Of a DNA stretch of 64,000 bases, positions 63,549 to 64,000 are shown piece after piece; the first letter of the stretch is position 1; every line of letters begins with the position of its first letter. The stretch comes from Ginglymostoma cirratum. Lineage: Eukaryota. A model generated the notes under the pieces. The model searched no databases. It had not been told where the DNA came from and saw only the letters and a list, made by a program, of their open reading frames with translations. The stretch covers positions 34,846,463-34,910,462 of the forward strand of contig JAHRHZ010000222.1 of the NCBI GenBank assembly GCA_024137785.1, in the 5' to 3' direction. The position numbers and the translations under genes were made by a program.

Positions 63549-64000
63549 CTCTAGCCGAACAAGCATGACAACACTAACGGGAACCATTTTATCTAATGAA
63601 CACCCATGGTTTTATGTTACTACCCTACAACTTTCACATCAGCACTTTTCAGCTGTAGAAATTGCTATAAAATTTCCAATTTGTCCATAGTCTCAAAATA
63701 GTCCAGCCTAATTAATATGGTCAGTAGGATCTTAATCTGCTCATTCAATTCAATATCATATTGCCCATGTAATGCACCAATGGAACACTGTAATGGATGT
63801 TTTGACTTTTCAATTTTATCTGTTCCTCCAGGAAAACCCATCTCCCCTAATGCTGTGAAAGATTCCATAAGACTTTCATTCCTGTCTCAGATCAGGGGTT
63901 GAATCACTAGATCTTGTTTGACACCAAACAAATGCTCTCCAACTGAACATGACAAATTCTGTTTCTATCAATGCTAGCGGTATCTTGCAATTTTACCCAA

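Noticed and set aside
1-64000. CRISPR arrays, operons or other prokaryotic systems
   Set aside because: Eukaryotic intronic DNA; no regularly spaced identical repeats or gene-dense regions were seen.

Overview
AT-rich vertebrate genomic DNA. The repeat content (HE1/V-SINEs, DeuSINE-like elements, abundant CR1 and Penelope-like elements) points to a cartilaginous fish, probably a shark; this is an inference. The whole window lies inside ZNF423 (OAZ/Roaz), transcribed on the minus strand. Two coding exons are visible: a 60-bp exon at 57784-57843 and a 201-bp exon at 9050-9250 encoding the first C2H2-type finger, separated by a ~48.5-kb intron. The rest is intron, with many decayed LINEs and SINEs, a decayed Penelope-like RT and an old Gmr1-like Gypsy LTR element. 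There is also a 400-N assembly gap. The most interesting signals are: (i) a repeat-poor ~6-kb block downstream of the 201-bp exon with clustered EBF/ZNF423-type CCCNNGGG sites, including three composite motif units whose anchors repeat at exactly 53 bp (a candidate autoregulatory enhancer); (ii) several short, mostly TSD-flanked Penelope-derived inserts carrying minimal hammerhead ribozyme cores, three of them in the sense of the ZNF423 pre-mRNA; (iii) inverted SINE and LINE pairs, a NAGNAG acceptor and a local duplication of a decayed SINE segment. Almost all ORFs in the supplied track are transposon remnants or chance. Repeat family names and boundaries were assigned by eye and are approximate.
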